Virus record (IMG/VR): IMGVR_UViG_3300029819_000015
Length of the DNA stretch: 37,465 bases
Direction: 5' to 3' (one strand)
DNA from: a virus
The translations under genes were made by a program, and so were the position numbers. Below, piece after piece: positions 7,771-16,890 of this stretch (positions are counted from its first letter, which is position 1; the number at the start of each line of letters is the position of its first letter). Under the pieces are notes generated by a model. The model made no database searches. It was not told the origin of the DNA and saw only the letters and a program-made list of their open reading frames with translations.

Positions 7771-7944
7771 ATGCAAAAAACATACAAAAGAGCCATCTTT
7801 GAATGCATTGATTATGAGGACATGAAAGAAATATTTAGAAAGAATTATGCTGATAAATATAGATTGATAAGCTATAGACTTACAAGAATAAACGAAGTAT
7901 CACATAGGGCAATCTTAATAATGCATCAAAAGAAGGTGAAATAA
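7771..7944 (+). CDS. Hypothetical 57-aa protein
   Basis: SD gaggagg 7 nt before the ATG at 7771. The 7672 TTG extension in the ORF track covers the conserved non-coding element. Confidence 0.5.
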   Translation: MQKTYKRAIFECIDYEDMKEIFRKNYADKYRLISYRLTRINEVSHRAILIMHQKKVK

Positions 7945-8315
7945 TGGGAGTATATGGATATAAAGGATTTGATACAAATCTTAGATGTAGAAATATGCAG
8001 TTTGAGGTTGGTAAGACCTACGAAACCGAAGGGGATCCTAAAACTGCTAAAAACGGTATGCATTTTTGCATGGAGCCATTTGGAGTCTTACAATATTATC
8101 CTAAAAATCAAGGAAACCGCTATTGCATTGTAGAAGCACTTGGATTGCTTTCTACTGATGATCGATTAGATACAAGAGCTTCAACAAATAGATTAAGAAT
8201 AGTCAAGGAGATAACTGAAGATGAATTGTTCGTCATTCAAAAAAAATATAGAGATGAATTGGACAAAAAAATAAGGAGGGGCATAGATGAGTTTCAAACA
8301 ACAACTAGAAAATAG
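7944..8315 (+). CDS. Phage protein resembling the DUF7666 family
   Basis: N-terminus GYKGFDTNLRCRNMQFEVGKTYE and NGMHFC, as I recall for DUF7666. Not verified. Confidence 0.45.
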   Translation: MGVYGYKGFDTNLRCRNMQFEVGKTYETEGDPKTAKNGMHFCMEPFGVLQYYPKNQGNRYCIVEALGLLSTDDRLDTRASTNRLRIVKEITEDELFVIQKKYRDELDKKIRRGIDEFQTTTRK

Positions 8316-8766
8316 CAATGATTCAATGATTGTAATGATTAAAGACTATCTTTTATCGAGAAATGATACAAGTAGCTTGCTAGAAAAAGAAAATAAGAAC
8401 ATTGATGACATGATGCTTTTTATCGGTCATGAGCTCTATGTGAAGTATTTGGAAGGAAAAAGCAATCAACGTATGACATGTGTTGGTGGTCCAGATGAAG
8501 AATTATATGGAATAGTAATTCATTATCTTGATGAAGATAACATTGATATGGATGCAATTAAAAAGAAAATGGAAAACATCATGCTAATGCATCCTGGTAA
8601 TGCAAATGATGATGAAAAAGAAAACAGTAAAATGCAGCTTTTACAAATGCAATGTGATGCCTATAAACAAGAAATTGAAAAGATGAAACAGGAAACAAAG
8701 CCAAAGAGAACAGCTAAAAAGAAAAAATCAAAGGTAAATGACATGCAAATAGGTTTTGATCTATGA
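8287..8766 (+). CDS. PcfK-like protein (AcrIIA9-family anti-CRISPR homologue candidate)
   Basis: Strong SD aaggagggg. Pattern IKDYL...ENKNIDDMMLFI...DEELYGIVIHYLDEDNID matches the PcfK/AcrIIA9 signature (KNxDD, DEEIY, HYYDEDNI). Confidence 0.55.
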   Translation: MSFKQQLENSNDSMIVMIKDYLLSRNDTSSLLEKENKNIDDMMLFIGHELYVKYLEGKSNQRMTCVGGPDEELYGIVIHYLDEDNIDMDAIKKKMENIMLMHPGNANDDEKENSKMQLLQMQCDAYKQEIEKMKQETKPKRTAKKKKSKVNDMQIGFDL

Positions 8767-10214
8767 AAGTAACAAAAAAAGAAGTCGTTGATGAAATGAT
8801 TAAGATACCTGAGTATAGAAATATTGATTATCTGATTAAAGAAGGAAATAAACAGGCAAAAAGAGATAAATGGAATAAGCTGATTAGATTAGATGATCAT
8901 ACATATTTCTGTACGAACTGCAATTCAATGCACCAGGATAAAAAAATCAAAATAAATGAGTATAAGAAATGTCCTGTTTGCAATTCAAAGCTTCAAATAT
9001 ACAAAAGAAATAGAAATGTAATGGATTATTGTTGTTGGCTAACTATTACAACATTGAATAAAAGAAATGAGCTTATTTTAAGAACGTTTTCATTTAAAAA
9101 AATGTACAATAAAAAGCTTTTAAGAATTAGTTATGAAGTTTTAGAAGCGTTCAGGTGGAACTTGGATAGAAATATCTCGGTTAAAAGATATATAAACAAT
9201 AATAACTATCTTATTTCTTGTAAGTACAACGAAAAAGACCGTTGGAAAGAATTAACGGATGCGTACAAATGGAAATCAGAAGTTCCAAAAGCAGGTTACT
9301 TTATAGGAAGCAATGTAAAAAAATGCATTGAAAAATCAAAATATAAGTATGCGAATATTTTAGAAATGTCTAAGAGATGGTATTTAGAAGATTACATTTT
9401 TATTTATAACATATTCCCTGAAATAGAAATGATTTACAAAATGGGAATGACAAAATACTTTAGACAGATCATGCGTTATATGGGAGTAAACGATGTCGAA
9501 GATGTAAGAAAATTTCTAAAAGAAAACAAAAAATTTTTTAGAATTTGGTCAAAACTCAATCCTGACAAGTACGAAATGCAGATGATGGTTGATTTAGATA
9601 CTTTTGATATAGAGTATGCCAGAGATGCGTTAAAAGTTGGATATAGAAAAAGCAAAAATCTTTATGCAAATGATAGAAAAACAATCCAATATCTAAGAAA
9701 GCAAAAACGAGACTTCTCTTTTTGGCTGGATTACATTGATTTTCTTGAAAAACTCCATGTGAGCATAGATAAAAGCAAACTGTTTCCAAAGGATTTAAAA
9801 AAAGAACATGACAAGATGTTCAATAACCTTGAGATACTTGACAACAAAGAATACGAACAGGAAATCATAGATTTTGAAAACATGATAAAACCTTACAATT
9901 ACGAAAATTATGATTATATCATTAGAGCTGCAAGAACTGTTGAGGAATTAGTAAACGAATCAAGCCAAATGAACCATTGCGTTAGAAATTACATTCCTAA
10001 AATTGCAGCGCATCAATCTGCAGTATTCTTTGTTAGAAAACAACAAGAAAAAGAAAAATCACTGGTTACTGTTGAAATAGATCCAGTTAATAAGATTCTT
10101 TTGCAGGCTAGAGGATATGACAATAAAGAACCAACGATAACTGAAATGGCTTTTATCAATGATTGGTGTCATAGAAAAATAATAGATAACTCTATGCTTA
10201 CAAATACACTTTAG
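8763..10214 (+). CDS. PcfJ-like protein with N-terminal zinc ribbon
   Basis: CTNCNS...CPVCNS, C-terminal SSQMNHCVRNYIPKIAAHQSAVFFVR...LVTVEI. Adjacent to the PcfK-like gene, as in pcfJ/pcfK pairs. Confidence 0.5.
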   Translation: MKVTKKEVVDEMIKIPEYRNIDYLIKEGNKQAKRDKWNKLIRLDDHTYFCTNCNSMHQDKKIKINEYKKCPVCNSKLQIYKRNRNVMDYCCWLTITTLNKRNELILRTFSFKKMYNKKLLRISYEVLEAFRWNLDRNISVKRYINNNNYLISCKYNEKDRWKELTDAYKWKSEVPKAGYFIGSNVKKCIEKSKYKYANILEMSKRWYLEDYIFIYNIFPEIEMIYKMGMTKYFRQIMRYMGVNDVEDVRKFLKENKKFFRIWSKLNPDKYEMQMMVDLDTFDIEYARDALKVGYRKSKNLYANDRKTIQYLRKQKRDFSFWLDYIDFLEKLHVSIDKSKLFPKDLKKEHDKMFNNLEILDNKEYEQEIIDFENMIKPYNYENYDYIIRAARTVEELVNESSQMNHCVRNYIPKIAAHQSAVFFVRKQQEKEKSLVTVEIDPVNKILLQARGYDNKEPTITEMAFINDWCHRKIIDNSMLTNTL

Positions 10215-10224
10215 GAGGTGCATT

Positions 10225-11601
10225 ATGAACTATCAAGAATTTTTAGAATCAAAAAAGAAAGTAGAAGAAACGGATGGAATTGATATTGAATTGGATGATT
10301 TAAATCCCGTTTTATTCGATTACCAAAAAGCCATTGTTAAAAAAGCACTCAAAAAGAAAAGATTTGCGTTATTTGAAGCGTGCGGGATGGGAAAGACCTT
10401 GCAACAGCTTGAATGGGCATATCAAGTAAATAAAGAAACGAATATGCCTGTTCTTATCCTCGCTCCTCTTGGAGTAACAGTTCAAACTGCATATGAGGAA
10501 GCTCCACTGCTAGGTTATGTAGTAAACGTATTGAGAGATGATTTTTCTATTGATAACGGGCTTTATATTACTAATTATGAGCAGTTGAATAATATCGATA
10601 CAAGCTTATTTGCTGGTATCGTCTTAGATGAATCAAGTGTTTTAAAAAACTTCACAGGCAAAACAAGAGTACAACTGACAAATGCTTTTAAAAATACAAA
10701 ATATCGTCTTTGTTGTACAGCAACTCCAGCACCAAATGATTTAATGGAATTATTGAATCATGCGGATTTTCTAGGAATCATGACAACTGCACAGGCACTG
10801 GCAACTTATTTTATCAATGATATGAAAACTGGTTCATATCGTTTAAAAGGACACGCTACAAAGGATTTTTATAAATGGTGCTGTAATTGGTCGGTCAATA
10901 TAGAAAGTCCTAAGGATTTGGGATATGAAGCGGATTATTATGTGCTTCCTAAATTGATTGAACAAAACATCATGATTGATATTGATGTCATCGATGATGA
11001 TTTTGAACATGGATTATTTAGAGAAATAGGAACATCAGCTACATCTTTTCACAAAGAAAAGAATAGAACAGCTGATGTGAGAGCTAAAAAATGTGCTGAA
11101 ATAGCAATGAAAGATAATGAACAGTATTTAATCTGGTGTGATACAAATTTAGAAGCGGATCTATTAAAAAAATACATTCCAGAAGCAGTTGAGGTTAGAG
11201 GTAGTGATAAACCACAAAGAAAAGAAAGATGCGCTTTAAATTTCAAAAATGGCAAAATAAGAGTTTTGATCTCAAAACCTAAAATCTTTGGTTACGGAAT
11301 GAACTTCCAAAAATGTCATAATGTTATCTTTTGTGGATTGACTTATTCTTATGAAAATTATCATCAGGCATTGAGAAGAATTTATAGATTTGGACAAAAA
11401 CAAGATGTCTATTCTTATATCGTATTAGGAACAACTGAAATGCATATTTTAGAAACGGTAAATAAAAAGAAAGAACTGCAACATAATCTCAAAAATCAAA
11501 TGGATATGTCAGTTCAAGAAATACAATTATTAAATTTTGAAGGAAAAGAGGTGAATGAGGTGTTTCAACTACAGAAGATTGAAATACCGAACTTTCTATG
11601 A
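10225..11601 (+). CDS. SNF2/DEAD-like superfamily-2 helicase
   Basis: Motif I EACGMGKT, II VLDESS, III CCTATP, VI QALRRIYRFGQ. Confidence 0.85.
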   Translation: MNYQEFLESKKKVEETDGIDIELDDLNPVLFDYQKAIVKKALKKKRFALFEACGMGKTLQQLEWAYQVNKETNMPVLILAPLGVTVQTAYEEAPLLGYVVNVLRDDFSIDNGLYITNYEQLNNIDTSLFAGIVLDESSVLKNFTGKTRVQLTNAFKNTKYRLCCTATPAPNDLMELLNHADFLGIMTTAQALATYFINDMKTGSYRLKGHATKDFYKWCCNWSVNIESPKDLGYEADYYVLPKLIEQNIMIDIDVIDDDFEHGLFREIGTSATSFHKEKNRTADVRAKKCAEIAMKDNEQYLIWCDTNLEADLLKKYIPEAVEVRGSDKPQRKERCALNFKNGKIRVLISKPKIFGYGMNFQKCHNVIFCGLTYSYENYHQALRRIYRFGQKQDVYSYIVLGTTEMHILETVNKKKELQHNLKNQMDMSVQEIQLLNFEGKEVNEVFQLQKIEIPNFL

Positions 11602-12476
11602 GTTACAAATTATACAATGATGATTGCGTAAATGTATGTAGACAGTTGCCAGATGATTGTATCGATTTAACAATCACATCGATTCCATTTGCTAACCTTT
11701 ATACTTACAGTGATGATCCTAGAGATTTTAGTAATGTAAAAGATTTAAATGAATTCTTTCAACAAATGGATTACTTGATTCCAGAGCTTTATAGAATTAC
11801 GCGCCCAGGGCGCATCATTGCATTACACGTGATGCAGATTCCAACTTTCAAAGTGAGAGATGGAGCAATGGGCTTGATAGATTTTAGAGGAATGACCATC
11901 AAAGCTTTTCAAAAGCATGGATGGATCTATCACGGAGAAATCACAGTATTTAAGGATCCTCAAATTGAAGCTACTAGAACTAAATCAGCATCTATCTTGT
12001 GGAACTCTTATAAGAAGTTTGCTGAAATCACACGTACGGGAATGCCGGATTACGTTATATTGATGCAAAAACATGAGCGAGAAGATGAATGGGTTCATGT
12101 AATACACGAAAATATCGATGATGAGTTTCATCAATGGACACGTTTAGCTAGTCCTTGCTGGGGAATTGGTAAAGAATCACCTAAAGTATCAAGAACAAAT
12201 GTCTTAAACACTAAAATTGCCAAGGAAGAAAAAGATGAAAAGCACATGACACCACTTCAACTTGATTTGATTGAACATCTTATTAAATGGTATTCAAATG
12301 AAAAAGAAACAGTATTTGATCCATTTGGCGGAGTTATGTCAGTTCCTTATTCAGCAGTTAAATTAAATAGAAATGGAATAGGTTGTGAAATCAAAGAAAG
12401 TTATTTTAAAACGGGATTGAATTTTATTAAAAACTTAGAGCGCTCTTTAAATCAACCTACATTATTTGAATTATGA
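11598..12476 (+). CDS. DNA methyltransferase, beta-class N4/N6 (N6_N4_Mtase-like)
   Basis: N-terminal catalytic-motif position reads TSIPF (variant of S/DPPY/F). C-terminal AdoMet motif VFDPFGGVMSVPY. Coupled to the helicase by an ATGA overlap. Confidence 0.75.
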   Translation: MSYKLYNDDCVNVCRQLPDDCIDLTITSIPFANLYTYSDDPRDFSNVKDLNEFFQQMDYLIPELYRITRPGRIIALHVMQIPTFKVRDGAMGLIDFRGMTIKAFQKHGWIYHGEITVFKDPQIEATRTKSASILWNSYKKFAEITRTGMPDYVILMQKHEREDEWVHVIHENIDDEFHQWTRLASPCWGIGKESPKVSRTNVLNTKIAKEEKDEKHMTPLQLDLIEHLIKWYSNEKETVFDPFGGVMSVPYSAVKLNRNGIGCEIKESYFKTGLNFIKNLERSLNQPTLFEL

Positions 12477-12604
12477 AAGCTATCTGGATAAATAACATTC
12501 TTTATAAACATCAAGATAAAGTAATGAATCATCATAATCTAGAACCTGCAGAAGAATATGTAAAAAAAGTCTTTCCAGATGCGGTATACATGGAAAGAAG
12601 ATAA
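12473..12604 (+). CDS. Possible 43-aa ORF
   Basis: ATGA overlap with the methyltransferase stop. Fills an otherwise empty gap. Confidence 0.3.
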   Translation: MKAIWINNILYKHQDKVMNHHNLEPAEEYVKKVFPDAVYMERR

Positions 12605-12637
12605 AAAGAGACGTGGATATGAGCAGGTGAGTTTATT

Positions 12638-12955
12638 TTGACAAATGATATTAAAAAGGAAATAGAAAAAGAGCCAACAAAAAGAGAAAAGCTAGAAGAT
12701 TTCTTAATCAATTGGACAAAGGAAAAACACTTACCTTTAGTGTATGAAAATAAAAAACTCAAAAATGAAGTAGAACGTCAAAAAGAATTGTTCAATCATC
12801 AAAAAATCGAACTTGATTATCAAGAAACTAGATATAAGCAATGTGACAATGAAAGATTGCGATATCGTGAGATGGCAGTGGAATATAGAGAAGATAATAA
12901 ACGTTTAAGACAAGAACTATTTTTATTAAGAAAGGAGCTAAAAAATGACAAATAA
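12638..12955 (+). CDS. Coiled-coil hypothetical protein
   Basis: TTG start 7 nt after SD aggtga. Charged heptad-rich sequence. Confidence 0.5.
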   Translation: MTNDIKKEIEKEPTKREKLEDFLINWTKEKHLPLVYENKKLKNEVERQKELFNHQKIELDYQETRYKQCDNERLRYREMAVEYREDNKRLRQELFLLRKELKNDK

Positions 12956-13130
12956 GAAAAAGATCATGATGAAAGCATTGATTGTAGCAGTTATGTTTTT
13001 TGGATGTTTGCTTTTATTGACGGGTAGAGTTGCTAATATTCTAGCTATTCTATTGTGTCTAGGCTGCATTGAATTTCTTTTATTGAATCAACTCTATAAT
13101 GAATTTTCTAGCAAAGGTAAAAAGAAATGA
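12945..13130 (+). CDS. Small two-TM membrane protein
   Basis: ALIVAVMFFGCLLLLTG and ILAILLCLGCIEFLLL hydrophobic segments. Confidence 0.5.
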   Translation: MTNKKKIMMKALIVAVMFFGCLLLLTGRVANILAILLCLGCIEFLLLNQLYNEFSSKGKKK

Positions 13131-13777
13131 ATTATCTGATGTTAGATAAAGATGATATTACAAAGTCATATGGAAAGATTTCAAAAAAAGAATTATTAAA
13201 AGAATTGGATTTTAAAGAATATCAGTTAGTTAGCTTTTTAAATAATCAAGGTATTTTTAGAGGAAAATACATCCTAGTAGAAGATGATGAAAAGGATGGC
13301 ATATTGATAGGAGAAGTAACTGGAAAAAAAGCCAAAAAATATTATGCAACACGTGATGGTAGATTCTACATCAAATGGGCTAGTGGATGTATAACTGAAC
13401 TCTATCCTTTTCCTAAAAAAATAGGAAATGAAACGATTGCGGTAATAAGATTCAATAGAAAAGAAAGATATGCTAAAAATCTAATTGCATCATTATTTAT
13501 TAAAGAAATGAATAAAAGTGACTTTGTTATATTAAAAGATGGCAATTGGGAAAATATATCAGTTGAAAATTTAGAAATCATTTCTCAAAAAGAATATAGA
13601 AGCATCTCTAGAAAGAAGGAACAGAAAAAAGTTGGAAAATTTATAAATAATCAGTTGTTTAAAAAATATTCATCAGCATGGGATGCATCAAAAGACTTAT
13701 GTATATCTTATCAAACTGTTGTTAATTATTGCTACAACGCAGTTAAAGATCCTAAACATGATTTGAGGTGGATTTGA
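13127..13777 (+). CDS. HNH_3/NUMOD-like homing-endonuclease-related DNA-binding protein (catalytic His apparently substituted)
   Basis: VILKDGNWENISVENLEIIS resembles the HNH_3 core (HxDGNxxNNxxxNLE) but has L in place of the first His. C-terminal FKKYSSAWDASKDLCISYQTVVNY is NUMOD1/IENR1-like. Confidence 0.4.
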   Translation: MNYLMLDKDDITKSYGKISKKELLKELDFKEYQLVSFLNNQGIFRGKYILVEDDEKDGILIGEVTGKKAKKYYATRDGRFYIKWASGCITELYPFPKKIGNETIAVIRFNRKERYAKNLIASLFIKEMNKSDFVILKDGNWENISVENLEIISQKEYRSISRKKEQKKVGKFINNQLFKKYSSAWDASKDLCISYQTVVNYCYNAVKDPKHDLRWI

Positions 13778-13959
13778 TGAATAACAAAAGAAGTAATCAG
13801 TATGTTGTTTATGATAAAGAAGAAAATTTGATTATGGTTGGAAATAGTGCAGAAATAACAAAAAAATTAGGAATAACAATAGGCACATTTTACAGCTATG
13901 TAAGTAGAGGTGATTCATCAAAAAGTAATTATAGAATCTATCTTATCAAAGAGGAATAA
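13777..13959 (+). CDS. Small NUMOD1-like HTH protein
   Basis: SD gaggtgg upstream of the ATG at 13777. VGNSAEITKKLGITIGTFYSYVSRG. Confidence 0.45.
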   Translation: MNNKRSNQYVVYDKEENLIMVGNSAEITKKLGITIGTFYSYVSRGDSSKSNYRIYLIKEE

Positions 13960-14180
13960 TAATAATTTATAAGAACTTGTTTTGAATGCAAATATTTGGA
14001 TAGGTCAAGAAAATTAAACAGTCGAGAAACACATTCAAAGAGATATGGATGCAATTCAAGATGTGATGGATACATATGCGGTTGGATCATTAGAGAGAAA
14101 GAACTAAGTGAAATGGGATGTAGTTATTTTGAAGAAAGGAAAGAAAATGAGCAATTAAGCTTATTTTAAAAATAAAAAAT

Positions 14181-14378
14181 ATGAGATTTAATAAATTAAT
14201 GAATCGTATTGGTTCAAATACAAGAATTAAATTATGTGATAAATACAATGACATTTTAGAAGAAAAGAAAGGACCAGAGGAAATCAATTGCAAATATTAC
14301 AGTAAAAAAGTATTGATGATTGATGCTGAAAGTGATGAAAAAGGAACATATTTAAAAATAATCATCAAGAAGGGATAA
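14181..14378 (+). CDS. Hypothetical protein
   Basis: 65-aa ORF on the operon strand. Confidence 0.4.
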   Translation: MRFNKLMNRIGSNTRIKLCDKYNDILEEKKGPEEINCKYYSKKVLMIDAESDEKGTYLKIIIKKG

Positions 14379-14383
14379 CAGAA

Positions 14384-15223
14384 ATGGGATTAAAAATATT
14401 AAGTTGCGGTGCAGGAATGCAATCAACCGCACTTGCACTTATGTCGTGCGAAAATAAAAAATATGGCATTAAATACCATGAAGTTCCAATATATGATGCT
14501 GTGATATTTTGTGATTTAGGAAATGAGCCTAATTGGGTTTATGATCAAGTTAATTTTATCAAAAAAGCTTGTAATGAAGTTAAAATACCATTTTATGTTT
14601 TAAATACACATCTTTATACAGATTATATAGAATATTTTGGAAAAAAAAGAGTAGTTTCAATTCCTTTTTGGAGTGTTGATGAAAATGGAAAAAAAGGAAA
14701 GATGATGCGTAATTGCACGTTGGATTACAAAATTAATGAAATTATAAAGTTTGTTAAATATCACTTGCTAGGCTATCAAAAGTATCAAAGATTGAATCAG
14801 CAAGATTTTAAAGCTCATGAAATGCATTTGGGCTTTTCTTTGGAAGAAAGTAAGAGATGCAAAGAGAATAAACATAAGATGTTTGTTAACAAGTTTCCTC
14901 TTGTAGAAATGAACTTAACAAGAGCTGACAACTACAAATACATTTTAGAAGAATGGGGGCTTGATACCAAAGCAAGTGCCTGTAATATTTGCCCTTTTCA
15001 TACTAATTATTTTTTTGAATTCATGAAAGATAATCACCCAGATAACTATTCATCAATCATTGAATTTGATGAAATGTTAGAAAGAGAACAACCAAATACA
15101 AAAATTAGATCAAAACTATATATTTCTAAATCACGAAAAAGAATTAGAAATTTAAAACAAGAAGATTGTTGCGACAAAGAATCGTTTCAATATAAAAATA
15201 AAAGTATTTGGAATGGATTCTAA
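14384..15223 (+). CDS. PAPS-reductase-like PP-loop (adenine-nucleotide alpha-hydrolase) family protein
   Basis: N-terminal LSCGAGMQSTALALM PP-loop-like motif and a C-terminal Cys pair (ACNICPFH). Size and position are typical of phage PAPS-reductase-family genes. Confidence 0.55.
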   Translation: MGLKILSCGAGMQSTALALMSCENKKYGIKYHEVPIYDAVIFCDLGNEPNWVYDQVNFIKKACNEVKIPFYVLNTHLYTDYIEYFGKKRVVSIPFWSVDENGKKGKMMRNCTLDYKINEIIKFVKYHLLGYQKYQRLNQQDFKAHEMHLGFSLEESKRCKENKHKMFVNKFPLVEMNLTRADNYKYILEEWGLDTKASACNICPFHTNYFFEFMKDNHPDNYSSIIEFDEMLEREQPNTKIRSKLYISKSRKRIRNLKQEDCCDKESFQYKNKSIWNGF

Positions 15224-15313
15224 GAAAGGAAATAGAAACTAAATATGAAATTATTATTATGTGTTTTATTAGCTTTGATAATCAATAAATTGTTTATTTA
15301 GGAGGGATAGAAG

Positions 15314-15625
15314 ATGATTATAGTAGATAACATTGCAGAATACGAAACATTATCAACTATCAAAAACTTTTGTAAAAATCATGATGAATGTAAAGGATGT
15401 TTATACAATTTTATGTGCAGCTTTTTTAATAAAGATATTGTACCAGAAAATTGGGAAATTAAATTGGAATTAAAAAAAGAAGAATTAAAAAAAAGACAAG
15501 ATATAGATATTACTAAACAAATACAAGAGAAGATATCAGATAAGCTAGTTGATGAAAAGTATGATCATATGACTAGTAATGAAATAGCACAATCAATTAT
15601 GAAAAATTCATTAAAAAAACAGTAA
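15314..15625 (+). CDS. Hypothetical protein
   Basis: SD aggaggg upstream. CKNHDECKGC motif. Confidence 0.55.
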   Translation: MIIVDNIAEYETLSTIKNFCKNHDECKGCLYNFMCSFFNKDIVPENWEIKLELKKEELKKRQDIDITKQIQEKISDKLVDEKYDHMTSNEIAQSIMKNSLKKQ

Positions 15626-15641
15626 AAAGTTTTTTAAAAGT

Positions 15642-15720
15642 AAAATTTCTCGAAACCATTGCTATATATGGGATTAGAGAGGTTTAAGTGATGTCGTATA
15701 ATAATAGGTTATAAGACATC
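15642..15720 (+). promoter_or_regulatory. Conserved ~77-nt leader/promoter element, copy 2
   Basis: Core gggattagagaggtttaag at 15670..15688, TATAAT at 15697..15702, hairpin gatgtcgtataa/ttataagacatc. The ATG at 15749 is 79 nt from the core, as in copy 1. Confidence 0.6.
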
Positions 15721-15748
15721 AAAATATAGGCAATTCAAGGAGAAAAAT

Positions 15749-15931
15749 ATGAAATTTGAATTAGATTTGCTAGAAACAATAGCCTATGATGTATTGGATA
15801 AAGATGAAATATTTTCAAACGTTTGGGTATTATCAATTATGAAAAAGAAAGGTTATTTTCAATATGTTTCTGATGATATGACTTTAAAAGAAGCAATCAT
15901 TATGTACAGAAAATTATTAAATATTAAATAA
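15749..15931 (+). CDS. Hypothetical protein
   Basis: SD aaggag upstream. 60 aa. Confidence 0.5.
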   Translation: MKFELDLLETIAYDVLDKDEIFSNVWVLSIMKKKGYFQYVSDDMTLKEAIIMYRKLLNIK

Positions 15932-15946
15932 TTATGAGGTGATTAA

Positions 15947-16129
15947 ATGAAAAATATTAAACTTATTTTAAAACAAACTTTTTGTAAACACGAATATCAA
16001 GAAATGAAAAAAGTTGATACTAGTAAATATATGTGTATTTCAGGGGAAAAAATCTATATTGTTTGTAAAAAATGTGGAAAAGTGAAAGATTCATATTTTA
16101 GAGAATATGAGGGGATGGGATATAAATGA
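15947..16129 (+). CDS. Small zinc-ribbon protein
   Basis: SD gaggtg upstream. CKHE...CKKCGK. Confidence 0.5.
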   Translation: MKNIKLILKQTFCKHEYQEMKKVDTSKYMCISGEKIYIVCKKCGKVKDSYFREYEGMGYK

Positions 16130-16366
16130 TTAAGCCACTAACACCTCAATTTAGAGGTACCATTCTAGAAAGTCTTAACAAACAATCAAAAGAAAATGAA
16201 TATGATCTTGATAAAAAAATTAAGATTAAAACATAAGACTTTTGAAAACATTATAGAATTAGAAAATTTTGTTAATAAGAGAATAATTCACAAATCAAAT
16301 ATTATTAACATTCAATATATTCAAAATGGATTCAAGGGATGTTATGTATTATTTTATTTTAAATAA
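16126..16366 (+). pseudogene. Small gene split across two frames at an A7 run (36-aa ORF 16126..16236 plus 54-aa ORF 16202..16366)
   Basis: Deleting one A from A7 (16213..16219) fuses the two ORFs into one 80-aa reading frame. The second ORF has no convincing SD. Confidence 0.4.
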
Positions 16367-16380
16367 AGGAGATTATTAAA

Positions 16381-16884
16381 ATGGAAAATTTAAACATTAA
16401 AGGAAAATTAAGAGAAATGTTTACAATGCAAAAAGATTTGAATGAAAACATTTTAAAAGAATTCGGTGAAGATAGCATGACAGAAGAGAAACTAGAGTTA
16501 GCTATTATCGACGAATTAGGGGAGTTAACTCATGAATGTAAAGGAGCTTGGTGCTGGTGGAAAAAAACACAACCACCTGTCAATCGTCAAAGAGTATTAG
16601 AAGAATTGGTTGATGTTTATCATTTCGTAATGACATGGGAACTTTACCAAAGTGATAATGATATAGATTTTATTATTAAAGAGTATGGCTATTATATCAT
16701 TCGATTTGGAATGGGTGTAACAGGTGCGTTAGGCAACTTTATCGGTGCTGTAGCAAGTAATTTTGAAAAGCTAAATGATCTTTTAGATTTAACTGAAATG
16801 TTAGGATTTTCATTCGATGAAATATATCAAGAATATCTTAACAAAAACAAAATAAATTACGAACGACTTAAGAATGGGTATTGA
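16381..16884 (+). CDS. Dimeric (all-alpha, MazG-like) dUTPase family protein
   Basis: LELAIIDELGELTHECKGAWCWWKK...VLEELVDVYHFVM matches the dUTPase_2 pattern. SD aaaggag. Confidence 0.65.
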   Translation: MENLNIKGKLREMFTMQKDLNENILKEFGEDSMTEEKLELAIIDELGELTHECKGAWCWWKKTQPPVNRQRVLEELVDVYHFVMTWELYQSDNDIDFIIKEYGYYIIRFGMGVTGALGNFIGAVASNFEKLNDLLDLTEMLGFSFDEIYQEYLNKNKINYERLKNGY

Positions 16885-16890
16885 TCATGA

